Shown here piece after piece: positions 1 to 9,500 of a DNA stretch of 64,000 bases. This DNA is from Phycisphaeraceae bacterium. GTDB taxonomy: Bacteria > Planctomycetota > Phycisphaerae > Phycisphaerales > Zrk34. The stretch covers positions 101,008 through 165,007 of the forward strand of contig JBBDRF010000021.1 of assembly GCA_040905565.1 (NCBI GenBank), in the 5' to 3' direction. Numbering within the stretch: position 1 is the stretch's first letter; each line of letters starts with the position of its first letter. Made by a program: the position numbers and the translations under genes. The notes under the pieces were generated by a model. It was not told where the DNA came from. It saw only the letters and a list, made by a program, of their open reading frames with translations, and ran no database searches.

Positions 1-397
1 GGGGCCGGGCCAACTCCTTACGGAGCAGATCTGGCGCGTCGGGCTTGGCGAAGATCTTGGTTTCAAAGTCGAGCCCCGACGACAGACCGAGGTACTCGTG
101 ACCGGGGCGGGCGTAGCAGTAGATGCAGCCGTGCTCGCATCCGCGGTAGGGGTTGATGGACCACGCGAAGCCGATGTCGGGGCTGTCGACCGGGTTCAGG
201 ATCGAGCGGGACTGATCGCGGAGGACGAGGGTTTGAATCTGCCGACCGGCGGGGTCGGTGTGCTCATCGCGGAGCAGTTCGTCGAGGTGGTCGCCGAGGA
301 CGTGCAGGCTTTGCGACTCGAAGCGGTTGGTGGGGTTCTGCTGAGCGCCCCGGCCGCGTGCGGTGGTGGGATTGACTGGGCGGCGCGGCTCAGCCAT
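1..397 (-). CDS. PA0069-family radical SAM protein (N-terminal part; runs off the window edge)
   Basis: Not in the ORF track. Manual translation from ATG at 397 (GGGAGG RBS upstream) gives MAEPRR...RGRGAQQNPTNRFE...DSPDIGFAWSINPYRGCEHGCIYCYARPGHEYLGLSSGLDFETKIF, with a CxxxCxxC motif. Confidence 0.9.
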   Translation of the reverse strand, partial: MAEPRRPVNPTTARGRGAQQNPTNRFESQSLHVLGDHLDELLRDEHTDPAGRQIQTLVLRDQSRSILNPVDSPDIGFAWSINPYRGCEHGCIYCYARPGHEYLGLSSGLDFETKIFAKPDAPDLLRKELARP

Positions 398-430
398 GAC
401 CATGCCTCCCTTCGCGCCGCGCGTGACGTT

Positions 431-664
431 TCATCGCCGGCGGAACCTCGAGGCGATCAGGACGATGACGCCCAGCGCCGCCACCGGCACCGTGTACGTA
501 ATCACCTGCAGGGCAAACGCGAGATTCGCCTCCGCCGACTCGCCCGCCTCGGCGGCGAGGGCGTCGTCCGTGAAAGCGGTGTAGGTGTTGAGGATGCTGT
601 ACGCGGTGATCGCCAGGCCCGGCAGCACCCCCGCGAGAATCAGGAACATTCCGAGGTATTTCAT
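431..664 (-). CDS. small two-TM membrane protein, weakly resembling the TM2-TM3 part of MotA/TolQ/ExbB
   Basis: 77 aa with two hydrophobic segments and a basic C-terminus (RFRRR); co-directional with the radical SAM gene. Confidence 0.6.
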   Translation of the reverse strand: MKYLGMFLILAGVLPGLAITAYSILNTYTAFTDDALAAEAGESAEANLAFALQVITYTVPVAALGVIVLIASRFRRR

Positions 665-872
665 CGTCGCAGTTTACCCCATCATCCCTGTCGCGGGTTA
701 GAAAAACGTGGTGTCGGGCCGACGCGAGCATGCCCAAATATAGACCGAACATCGGTGTCGGGCAAGCGTGCTTTTCAGCGAAGCTGGCTTGTCGCCACAC
801 CGGTTCGACGTTACAAAGGATCCCAAGGCTCAGCAAGGATTGCGACACAGCCGACGATGCAGGAGGCATCTC

Positions 873-2123
873 ATGTTATACGAATTATTTCAAAATACTC
901 TGCGTTTGAGTGCGTCCAGCATGCGGCCGATGCCGTTGTCTGTGGTGGCCCTGTGCGCTCTGGCGTTGACGGTGGGTGGGCCGGTCGGTTGCGAATCCGC
1001 GCCGGAGCGTAGTCAATCCGAAGCGGGCCGTGAGCGATCAGCCGTGACAGATGCCGTCGCTGAAGAGGAAGAGGACGCGGAGGCGGACCCGCTGGCGGCG
1101 GAACTGGAAGCTTTCGAGGCGCGTCTGAAGCAGGCGGCGGAAACTTCGCAGGAGCCGGCCAATCGGGCGCCGGATGCGAGCGCGGGGCAGCGGCCGCTGG
1201 ACATCGACTGGCTAACGCCCGGCGAGGGCGTGGAGGCCGATGCCCCGGTAGAAACAGCAGGTGCGGAGGCGTTACCGAACGCTGAGGGGGTAGATATCGG
1301 GAAGGGGCTGGAGGTCGAGGGCTTTGACCCGACGCCGACCGAGGATGATCGCGAACCATCAATCAACGAGCCGACCCAGGCGGAGGTCGACGCCGATCCG
1401 GACGTGGCGGAGATGGATGCGGCGAAGCTGGTCCAGGCATTGGGTGATCGGATCGTGGAAGAGGGCGGCGCGAGCTTGCGGCCGTGGCTGGCGCGGGCGG
1501 CGTTGACCTTGGCAGACCCGACGCGGGAGCTGACGGCGGATGATCTGAGCGCCCTTTCCCTTGACGATCAACGGCTGGTGCTGGCGTATCAGCGGATGTT
1601 CACGCATCTCGGTCGGTCGCTGGGGGATGATGCCGAGGCCGACCGCCGTCAGGTCGAGTTAGCCGCGGAGGAGTTGCTGGAGCAGCTTCAGCCGGAGCGG
1701 AATCTTTCGATCCGCAAGGCGGAACTGTGCACGCGGGTAAACGGCTACGGCATCTACGAACCGTTCCAGTCGACCACGTTCGTGGCCGGTCAGCAGCGGC
1801 CGGCAATTGTCTATGTCGAGCTTGACGATTTTCAGACCGAGCGTAACGGCGATGGAAAGCACGTGGTGCAGCTGCGGCAGGAGATCGTCCTGTACAACGC
1901 TTCGGACGGCCTGGCGGTATGGCGGGTGGATCCGACGGATATTGTCGATGAGTCGCGGAACCGAAGGCGGGATTTTTTCCTGGTTCAGGTCGTGAAGCTG
2001 CCCGCTTCATTGAACGTCGGTCGCTACCTGTTGAAGGTAACGATCACCGACGAGATCGGCGAAGCGGTGGACGAAGCGACCATCCCCATCGAGTTCGTGG
2101 CCGACGGGAGTGCGCAACGCTAA
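873..2123 (+). CDS. hypothetical lipoprotein with acidic linker and C-terminal globular domain
   Basis: AGGAGG at 861-866 precedes ATG 873 (alternative start 921). Hydrophobic stretch ends in a lipobox-like PVG-C, followed by a D/E-rich region. Confidence 0.7.
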   Translation: MLYELFQNTLRLSASSMRPMPLSVVALCALALTVGGPVGCESAPERSQSEAGRERSAVTDAVAEEEEDAEADPLAAELEAFEARLKQAAETSQEPANRAPDASAGQRPLDIDWLTPGEGVEADAPVETAGAEALPNAEGVDIGKGLEVEGFDPTPTEDDREPSINEPTQAEVDADPDVAEMDAAKLVQALGDRIVEEGGASLRPWLARAALTLADPTRELTADDLSALSLDDQRLVLAYQRMFTHLGRSLGDDAEADRRQVELAAEELLEQLQPERNLSIRKAELCTRVNGYGIYEPFQSTTFVAGQQRPAIVYVELDDFQTERNGDGKHVVQLRQEIVLYNASDGLAVWRVDPTDIVDESRNRRRDFFLVQVVKLPASLNVGRYLLKVTITDEIGEAVDEATIPIEFVADGSAQR

Positions 2124-2136
2124 GGAGGCGAATTGA

Positions 2137-5100
2137 TCAGCGCGGGGGTGGCTCGGTAATGGCGCGGAGAATGTTCGAGATAAGGGGGGTCGCATTGTGG
2201 GGTTTCGTGCCTGGGGGGAGTTCGCCGAAGGTAAGTGCCCAAACCTGCTGCGAATCGTCGGCATCAAAATCGAGAGAATGGTCGGGCCAGGTAAGTGCGT
2301 CGTCCAGCGTCATGGTTTTGGCGAGCTTGATGATGGGGGACTCGGGCTCGGGGAGGTTGTCCCAGGCGAGCACGTGCAGCGGGCGGAGTTGATGCTGATC
2401 GACGTGCGAGGCGGTCATCGTCAGCGTGATGGGTTCACGCCCGGCGCGGCGCCAGAGCGGAGCCCAGGGGGTGGCTTCAAGTTCAACCGTGCGGGTCAGG
2501 GACTCGCCGGGCGGGAGGTGGAGGCGTTCGGTCAACTGGAGGGTGATCTCGGGCAGATCGTCATGATCGACAGCGGTGAGCCTGACGTCACGCGGCAGCG
2601 GCTGCCCGGGACCGACGCCCAGCGTGCGGCTGGTGGGGTTGGTCAAGGTGAAGCTGACAAGAGCCGGCTGGGTCGGGTGAAGCTGATCACGAACAAGGGC
2701 GGCGTGGAAGCTCGGCTCGGCAAGATCCGCAGGCAGGGCGGCGCGGTCACGCAATTTGCGGGCACCCGCGATCCGGTCGGCGGGGGCGTTGAGCTTCTCG
2801 AGGGCGACAACGAACATCTCGGCTGCTTCAAGATTGGCAGCATCAAGCTGCAGGGCGTTGGCGAGCGCCTGGAGAGCAGCGGATGTGTCGCCTGTTTCCT
2901 GATGAAGGCGTGCAAAATCGACAGCGAGGCGGCTACGCAGGGCGGGCGGCAGGATACGTGTCGTCTCATTGCCGATCAGGTTCTTCAGTGTCTCGGCATG
3001 GCGATTGGGGTCGGCGCTGGCGAGATGGCGGGTGAGTTGGAGCCGAGCCACTTCATCGTCACGATCGAGGCGGACGTGCTCACGCAAAACGGCATGGTAG
3101 GCGTCGTCTGAACCGGTGCGTTGCAACAGCGCGACACGCTGACGGCTGGTGCGAGGCTCAGCAGCGAGGTCGAGTGCTCTCTCCAGCAGCGTCGCTGCAA
3201 GCTCGGACTGATCACGGGTCTCGGCGAGGGCGGCAAGGTGACGCAGGCGGTGCGGGAGGTCGACGTTGTCCGCAGCGGCGCTGTCGGTGGCATCTATCTC
3301 GTAGAACAGCGTCTCGTGATCGGCTTGAAGATTGAACGTTGCCTGGCCGTTGTGAACGGGGACGTCGACGGCATCGCCTCGCGAGCCGTCGACGCGGACT
3401 GGGTACATCCGGAAACCGGCTCGGTCGGTGTCGATGGTGACGGTGCCGACCACGGGCTCGGCGATCATCGGCGCTCGGCCGGCGTCGAGGATCCGGGAGC
3501 CGACGAGGTCGTAGACCGTGCCGGTGTTCTCGGCCCGGGCGACGGCGATGAGCAGAAGCCGATCGCTTTTGCGGAGGGGGGTGTCGGTAAGCGAGCTGAG
3601 GGAGACGGTGGCGAAGGGCGTGTCGATGGCGAAGCGTGCGTCGGCGGTTTGCAGGGGATCGTGCGAGCCGAGGTGACCGTAGGCGGATTGGGTGCGCGGG
3701 GTGTTGATGGTGCCGATGCCGCGTTGCCAGTCGCGCCAGAGTTGGCCGGTGTCGCTTTGGATTTCTGTTTCGGTTGAATCGAATTGCTGTAGCGCCTGCG
3801 CGGGCGTGATGGTGTGGTCGCTGTCGATGTCGGCAGGGGGGGCGGGCCCGAGCTGGACGCGGAGGCGATGGGTTTCGATGAGGCGGTTGAAGAGGCCGGT
3901 GTTTTCGTAGGCTTGGCCGACGTTGTCGGTGTGGTGGAACTGAAAGACGTGGTCATCGTCGGCATGGATGAGGACGCTTTGCTGGGCGGGCTGCACGTCA
4001 CCACGGCGGTAGATCAAAGCCGCGGCGGCGAGGGAGGCGATGGTGGCGGGGTCGGATTCAAATTCGTAGGCGCCGCCCTGCGGGCCGGTGAGACGCTGGG
4101 TCGGCGCGCCCGACTGCGAATAGGCGTAAGGCGTGATCGCATCCCAGCCCTGAAACGCAGCGACGGCGGCGAGGCCCGGGTAGTAGGCGGAGCGATAGGT
4201 TTTTGGCGGATTCTGACCGACTTCGCTGGCGATGAGCGGCTTGCCATGCAGTGCGGCCCCGGCGATGCGGCCGAAGGGCGTGCCCTCATGATGAGGCGGA
4301 TGGGCGACCCACAGGCCCCCAAGCGAGCCGCCGGCTCCGACCTGATCGCCGTTGTAGTAGAGGTGTGCGTCCATGTAGTCCATCTCCTCCTGCGAGCGCA
4401 GTTCCCAGTGCCAGCGGTACCAGTTGCTGGCGTTGAGCGGGATGCGCAGCCCGACGTCGTCGCGGAGGAACTGATGCATGTCGCTGTAGAAATCGCGAAG
4501 GAGGTGGATGTAAAAACGTTGATGATCGCGAGGCCAGTTCTGGGTGATGATGCGTTCGCCGATGGTTGGGTCGGCATCGTTCTCCCGGGCCCACTGCTGA
4601 TAGCGGCGGATGAAATCGGTGCGGTATGGTTCGAGCGTGACATGGTTGCCGCCGCGCTGCATGAGCGCTTCGTTGGCGATGCTGGTCATGGCGAAGGCGG
4701 GGTCGTCCTTGTAGGCGAGGCCGGTGTGTTCGTTGACGTGGGACCAGACCTTGTGCATGTACTGCTTGTGAAGCTCGCGCATGCGGTCGTCGAAGAAGAT
4801 GTAGGGATGGAGGTGGAAGTTGCCGCTGCCGAGTTTGTCGTGGTTGGGGACGTTGTCTTTTTTGGTGAAGGTACGCTGGACCCATGGATCGAGGATGATG
4901 TAGATGCCGCGTTGCTTGAGTTCGTAGATGAGGCGATCGAGGCGGCGCATGGATTCGGCGTTGAGATGTTGCGAGGTGCCGGAGGGGTGGTCGTAGTCGA
5001 TGATGGGGCGGTGCCAGCTATCGAGGTGGTGAAGGCGGACGAGGTTAACGCCGAGGCGGGCAAGGCGCTGAGCGAGTTGCTCGGCGCGGGCGGGTGAGCC

Positions 5101-6039
5101 GAGTGCGGCGGCTGCGGTGAGGTTGACGCCCCAGAAGCGGGCGGCCGTGCCGTCTTCGAAGACGAAGCGTTCGCCCTGGGTCTGGAGGAAACCATGCGCG
5201 CCGGCGGGGATGTAGTTGCCTTGGGGATCTTTGTTGAGGAACGAGAGATCGATGGGCGTTCCGGCTTGCCCGACGGGGTAGGCGAACCAGTTGGTGGTGT
5301 CGGTGCGCTGCGAAGCGTCCTCGGCCAGGGCGTAGAAGCGGACGGCATCAGGCGTGGTGACGCGGGTGGTCAGCGAAGGGGGCTGATCGCCTTGGATGCT
5401 TTCTGCGGCAATGGTCACGCGGACGGCGGGGCCTTCGTTGGCGAGGCGGCGGGGGGAATCGAAGGCGAGGGTGACGGGCTGTTCGTCTTCGGTGAGGAAG
5501 CGGAGGGCGACGGCTTCACCGGTGAGGCGACGGCCGCGCAACGGCAGCCCGATCCGCTCACGCAGACCGTTGGGCCGCTGCACTTCCAGGCGTGCGAAGG
5601 CGTGGTCCTCGGGCGTGATGGTGAGCGAGATCAGCGTCAGGGCCGAGTCACGCTCAGCGGCCAGCTGATGGTTGAGCACGATGGTGTTCGGGGCGTTCTC
5701 ATCAGGCGCGACGCGATGAGCGAGGCGGAGAGGCACCTCGGTGCCGGGGATGGCGTGGGTGGTGGCCAGGGTGCGGGCGCCATCTTCCGTCACACGCGCT
5801 TGACCGGGAAAACTGAAGTGTTTCCAGCCGGGGCCCCAGGATTGCAGGTGAATCTTCAGAAGCTTTTTGGTCCCCGTGGTGACTTCGTAGCTTGTGACGC
5901 CGTTGGGGACGAAGTTGTACTTCGGTTGATCCTCAGCGCGAGCGACGGCGGTGATCAGGAGAATCAACGCAATGACGGCGATGACGACGCTCGGCGCGTA
6001 CAGACCGCCACGTGTTGCGGGTTTGATGAGTGGTTGCAT
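2137..6039 (-). CDS. secreted clan GH-A (GH5-like) glycoside hydrolase with C-terminal TPR-like region
   Basis: Signal peptide (VVIAVIALILLITAVARA); RFWGVNL, GVNLVRLHHLD, GIYIILD, YKDDPAFAMTSIANE (acid/base Glu), GKPLIASE (nucleophile Glu). Start moved to 6039 because the upstream part of the ORF overlaps the GNAT gene. Confidence 0.8.
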   Translation of the reverse strand: MQPLIKPATRGGLYAPSVVIAVIALILLITAVARAEDQPKYNFVPNGVTSYEVTTGTKKLLKIHLQSWGPGWKHFSFPGQARVTEDGARTLATTHAIPGTEVPLRLAHRVAPDENAPNTIVLNHQLAAERDSALTLISLTITPEDHAFARLEVQRPNGLRERIGLPLRGRRLTGEAVALRFLTEDEQPVTLAFDSPRRLANEGPAVRVTIAAESIQGDQPPSLTTRVTTPDAVRFYALAEDASQRTDTTNWFAYPVGQAGTPIDLSFLNKDPQGNYIPAGAHGFLQTQGERFVFEDGTAARFWGVNLTAAAALGSPARAEQLAQRLARLGVNLVRLHHLDSWHRPIIDYDHPSGTSQHLNAESMRRLDRLIYELKQRGIYIILDPWVQRTFTKKDNVPNHDKLGSGNFHLHPYIFFDDRMRELHKQYMHKVWSHVNEHTGLAYKDDPAFAMTSIANEALMQRGGNHVTLEPYRTDFIRRYQQWARENDADPTIGERIITQNWPRDHQRFYIHLLRDFYSDMHQFLRDDVGLRIPLNASNWYRWHWELRSQEEMDYMDAHLYYNGDQVGAGGSLGGLWVAHPPHHEGTPFGRIAGAALHGKPLIASEVGQNPPKTYRSAYYPGLAAVAAFQGWDAITPYAYSQSGAPTQRLTGPQGGAYEFESDPATIASLAAAALIYRRGDVQPAQQSVLIHADDDHVFQFHHTDNVGQAYENTGLFNRLIETHRLRVQLGPAPPADIDSDHTITPAQALQQFDSTETEIQSDTGQLWRDWQRGIGTINTPRTQSAYGHLGSHDPLQTADARFAIDTPFATVSLSSLTDTPLRKSDRLLLIAVARAENTGTVYDLVGSRILDAGRAPMIAEPVVGTVTIDTDRAGFRMYPVRVDGSRGDAVDVPVHNGQATFNLQADHETLFYEIDATDSAAADNVDLPHRLRHLAALAETRDQSELAATLLERALDLAAEPRTSRQRVALLQRTGSDDAYHAVLREHVRLDRDDEVARLQLTRHLASADPNRHAETLKNLIGNETTRILPPALRSRLAVDFARLHQETGDTSAALQALANALQLDAANLEAAEMFVVALEKLNAPADRIAGARKLRDRAALPADLAEPSFHAALVRDQLHPTQPALVSFTLTNPTSRTLGVGPGQPLPRDVRLTAVDHDDLPEITLQLTERLHLPPGESLTRTVELEATPWAPLWRRAGREPITLTMTASHVDQHQLRPLHVLAWDNLPEPESPIIKLAKTMTLDDALTWPDHSLDFDADDSQQVWALTFGELPPGTKPHNATPLISNILRAITEPPPR

Positions 6040-6046
6040 GATCAGG

Positions 6047-6517
6047 TCAGGAGTGGTCGTGCGTGGTGGTATCGTGCAGTGGCGCTTCGAGGATGACGAG
6101 GTTGGCAGCGCGGTCGGTATCCCAGCGGATGCCCACGATGTCGTAGTGATGCGCCAGGCTGAGGTGGAGCATGGCGCGGTGGTTGTTGTTGCATTCGAGG
6201 CGCATGGCGTCATAGCCGTGGTCGCGCGTCCAGGCGTGGGCGGCTTCCATGAGTTGGCTGCCGATGCCTTTGCGGCGGAGGTCGCCGTCGACGCCGTAGA
6301 GCCAGGTGAAGTAGACGGTGGGCTTGAGTTCGAAGCCGAGGAAGAAGCCGACGGGGTCGTTTTCCACCGACGCGATCATCATGAGATGGTTGTAGCGACC
6401 GGCGAAACGGCGTCGGAAGAATTCTTCTTCGCGGGCGGGGTGGAAGATGTCGTTGTAGAGACGGACGATCAGGGGTAGATCGCCCATGCCTACGATGTCG
6501 ATCTTTGCGTCAAGCAT
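6047..6517 (-). CDS. GNAT family N-acetyltransferase
   Basis: Acetyl-CoA motif LYGVDGDLRRKGIGSQLM; AGGAG RBS before ATG 6517. Confidence 0.85.
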   Translation of the reverse strand: MLDAKIDIVGMGDLPLIVRLYNDIFHPAREEEFFRRRFAGRYNHLMMIASVENDPVGFFLGFELKPTVYFTWLYGVDGDLRRKGIGSQLMEAAHAWTRDHGYDAMRLECNNNHRAMLHLSLAHHYDIVGIRWDTDRAANLVILEAPLHDTTTHDHS

Positions 6518-6562
6518 GGCGGCTCCTTCCGCTTGGTACATCCAACATCGTATCACCTCGCG

Positions 6563-9500
6563 TCAGCGGGAGCGGGGCGTTGCGGGAGGTGCCGGAACTG
6601 CGTCACGAATCGCCTGCACGAGCATGTCCGCAGGCCCGCCCTTGGGCAGGTAGGCGACGGCGCCGGCCTCCCGCATCTCCTCGGCCATGCTCTCCTTGTC
6701 ATGCATCGAGAGTCCGATGACGCGCACGTGAGGCATCTGGCGCATGATCTGTCGCGTCGCCTCCACGCCGTTCATCCGGGGCATGGTGATGTCCATCACG
6801 ACGACGTCCGGCTGAACCTGCTGGGTCAGTTCAACCGCCTCCTGGCCATCGACAGCCTCGGCGACGATCTCGATGTCAGGCTGCTCGCCGAGCAGTGAAG
6901 CGAGTCCGTCGCGCAAGACTTTGTGATCGTCGGCAAGCAGCACGCGGATGGTCGTCTGATCGTGCGTGCCGTCGTCGCTGTGCCGCTTGCCCGCAGAGGC
7001 GCGGCGTTTGCCTTCGGGTTCCGGGTCGTCGGGACTGCGGGCCGGGGCGGGTCTGTTGGCTGCGGGGGGCGTGGTGAGCGTAATCCGTGTGCCCTCGCCT
7101 TCGACGGATTCGATGTGCATCGCACCGCCGATGATTTCCAGCCGTTCGCGGATGCTGAACAGGCCGAACCCGGTTTCCGTGCCTCCGCCCTCCGGCACCT
7201 GTTCGAGGTTCACGCCTCGTCCCCGATCTTCCACGATCACGTTCAACGCGCCCTGCGGCTGCATCTCCAGTTTTACACGCGCCCAGAGTGACCCGGCATG
7301 TTTGACGACGTTGAATAGCAGTTCGCGCACCGCCTGGAAGAGCAGGATGCGCACGTCCTCGGGAAGGTGTTCTTCCTCGAAATTCGTTTCAACTTCGACA
7401 TGCAGGTCGTGCTTGGCCTCCATCTGGCGGCTGAGCCAATGCGTCGCAGGTACGAGACCGGCATCGTAAAGAATGGGGGGGCTCAGTTCGAGCGTGAGCG
7501 AACGCGACGCATCGATCGCTTCGTTGATCAACTCGCTGACTTGTTCGAGGGAATCAAGTAACGGCGGCGCATCGCTGCGGGTACGCACCAGGCCGATGCG
7601 AAGCTGGGCTGCGACGAGTATCTGCTGAAGATGGTCGTGCAGTGTTTGTGCGAGGCGGCGGCGCTCCCGCTGTTCGGTGAGCGTGAGTTCTGAGGCAAGG
7701 GCGCGCAGCTGCAACTGATAGTCGCGGAGTTTTTTCTCAGCGACGCGTCGCTCGGTTGCATCGTGGAGAATGGCGACGCCGCCGCGTACGTTTCCAGCGG
7801 GATCAAGCAGCGGTCGGGTGCTGACTGAAAGCCAGCGTATCGGCTCGCCGGGGATCTCGACGAGTACGTCGGCGTCATCGATGGAATCACCTTGAATGGC
7901 GCGCGCCAGCGGCAGTTCTTCGGGCGTGTAGGCGGTGCCGTCGGGCTTGGTCAGGTGGTAGTGGTCGATCCATTGTGCGGGCGACATATCCTCCGGTTCG
8001 CCGACGAGTCGGCGGGCGGCGGGGTTCCAGACGACAAAGCGACCCTCATTGTCGGCGACCACGATGCCTTCACCGATACTGTCGAGGATGGACTGGAGGA
8101 CCTGCTTCTGTTCACGCAGCGCGTGCTCGGAGCGGCTTAGCTGAGCGGCGCGATCGTCGGCCTCGGCTGTGCGCTGGGTGACGCGTTCCTCCAGCGTTTC
8201 GTTCAGCAGGTTCAGCTCTTCCTGCGCCTGCTTTCGGCTGGAAATGTCGGAGATGATGCCGACGGCGAACATGCCACCGCGGGAGTCGCGCACTGCTGAG
8301 CATGTCAGTTCCGCCCAGAGCAGCGAGCCATCCGTGCGGACGAACCGCTTCTCGATGGTGTAATGATCGATCTCGCCTCCGATGAGCCGTTGCGCCTGGT
8401 GCTCGTCGGCCTCAAGGTCTCCGGGATAGGTGATGTCGCGGAAGTTTCGCCCTCGCAGTTCGCCGGGCGTATAGCCGAGCATCTCGCAGAGCCGATGGTT
8501 GACGGCCGTGAACTTGCCGGTCGGGTCGGCGTGAGCGATGCCGACGGCTGCCTGGTCGAACATGCTGCGGAAACGGATCTCGCTGAATCGAAGCGCCTGC
8601 TCAGCGTGCGCGCGCTGGATGGCGGTGGCGAGCACGTGAGCGACGGCCTGAACGAAGTTGACGTCGTCGGTGGTGAACTCGCGGAGTTGGCGCGTATGGA
8701 CGCCGAAGATCCCGTACGGCCTGTCGTTTTCGCCGGGGATTATGACGCTGAGCCCGCTGATAATGCCTTGGTCGAAGAGAACCTGCGGGCCGCTGAATCG
8801 TGATTCGGAGCGTAGGTCGTCAACGATCACCGGTGACGCGGACTGGAGGGTGTATCCTGCCTGATTCCAAACATCGGCGTCGACGGTGAAGCTGCCGATC
8901 GCTTCCTGCGGGAAACCCACCGCGGCGGTAAGCACGAAATGATGGGCTTGCTCGTCGTAGCGCAGGACCTTGCAGTAATCGACATCGAGTGTCTTGGCGA
9001 CCTCTTCCACCGCGTGCTGCATCAAGGGCATCAGCGGCTTGCTGGCGAGGGCGGTTTGCCCGAGCTCAACAACGGTTTCCTGTTGATCGAGCCGGCGTTC
9101 GAGTTGCTGCTCGGCGTGCTTGCGCTCGGTGATGTCAACACAGCTACCAACGTAGCCTGTAAAGGTGCCGTCGGGTGAGAAGCGGGGCGCGCCTTGGCTG
9201 ATGAGCCAGCGGTACTCGCCGTCGTGGCGTCGGATCCGGAACTCGCACCGGAACGGACGGCGCTGCGACTTGGCCTCCTCTACCGTCTCCATCGTGGCGG
9301 GAAGATCATCCGGATGCAGGCTCTCCAGCCAGCCTGTCCCCAGTTCCTGCTCAAAGGTTCGACCGGTAAGCTCGAGCCAGGCGCGGTTGACGTAGGTGCA
9401 CAGCTTGTCGGGCCCGGCCAGCCAGATCAGCACAGGGGCACTGTCCGCAAGGGTGCGGAAGCGCTGCTCACTCTCGCGCAGCGCCTGTTCCACCATCCGT

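Noticed and set aside
431..664. Small protein ending VPVAALGVIVLIASRFRRR as a PEP-CTERM-type exosortase substrate
   Set aside because: It has a TM helix and basic tail but no PEP-like motif and almost no ectodomain; better explained as a two-TM membrane protein.
710..763. GGTGTCGGGC direct repeat (710 and 754) as a CRISPR or other array
   Set aside because: Only two 10-bp copies and no cas genes; at most an operator.
3814..5097. Many long antisense or alternative-frame ORFs (e.g. 98-1012, 3814-5097, 57574-58944)
   Set aside because: Typical shadow ORFs of high-GC coding sequence, lying opposite well-supported genes and carrying no motifs.
6040..6213. N-terminal extension of the 1358-aa ORF
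   Set aside because: It overlaps the GNAT gene in another frame; the signal peptide begins at ATG 6039.
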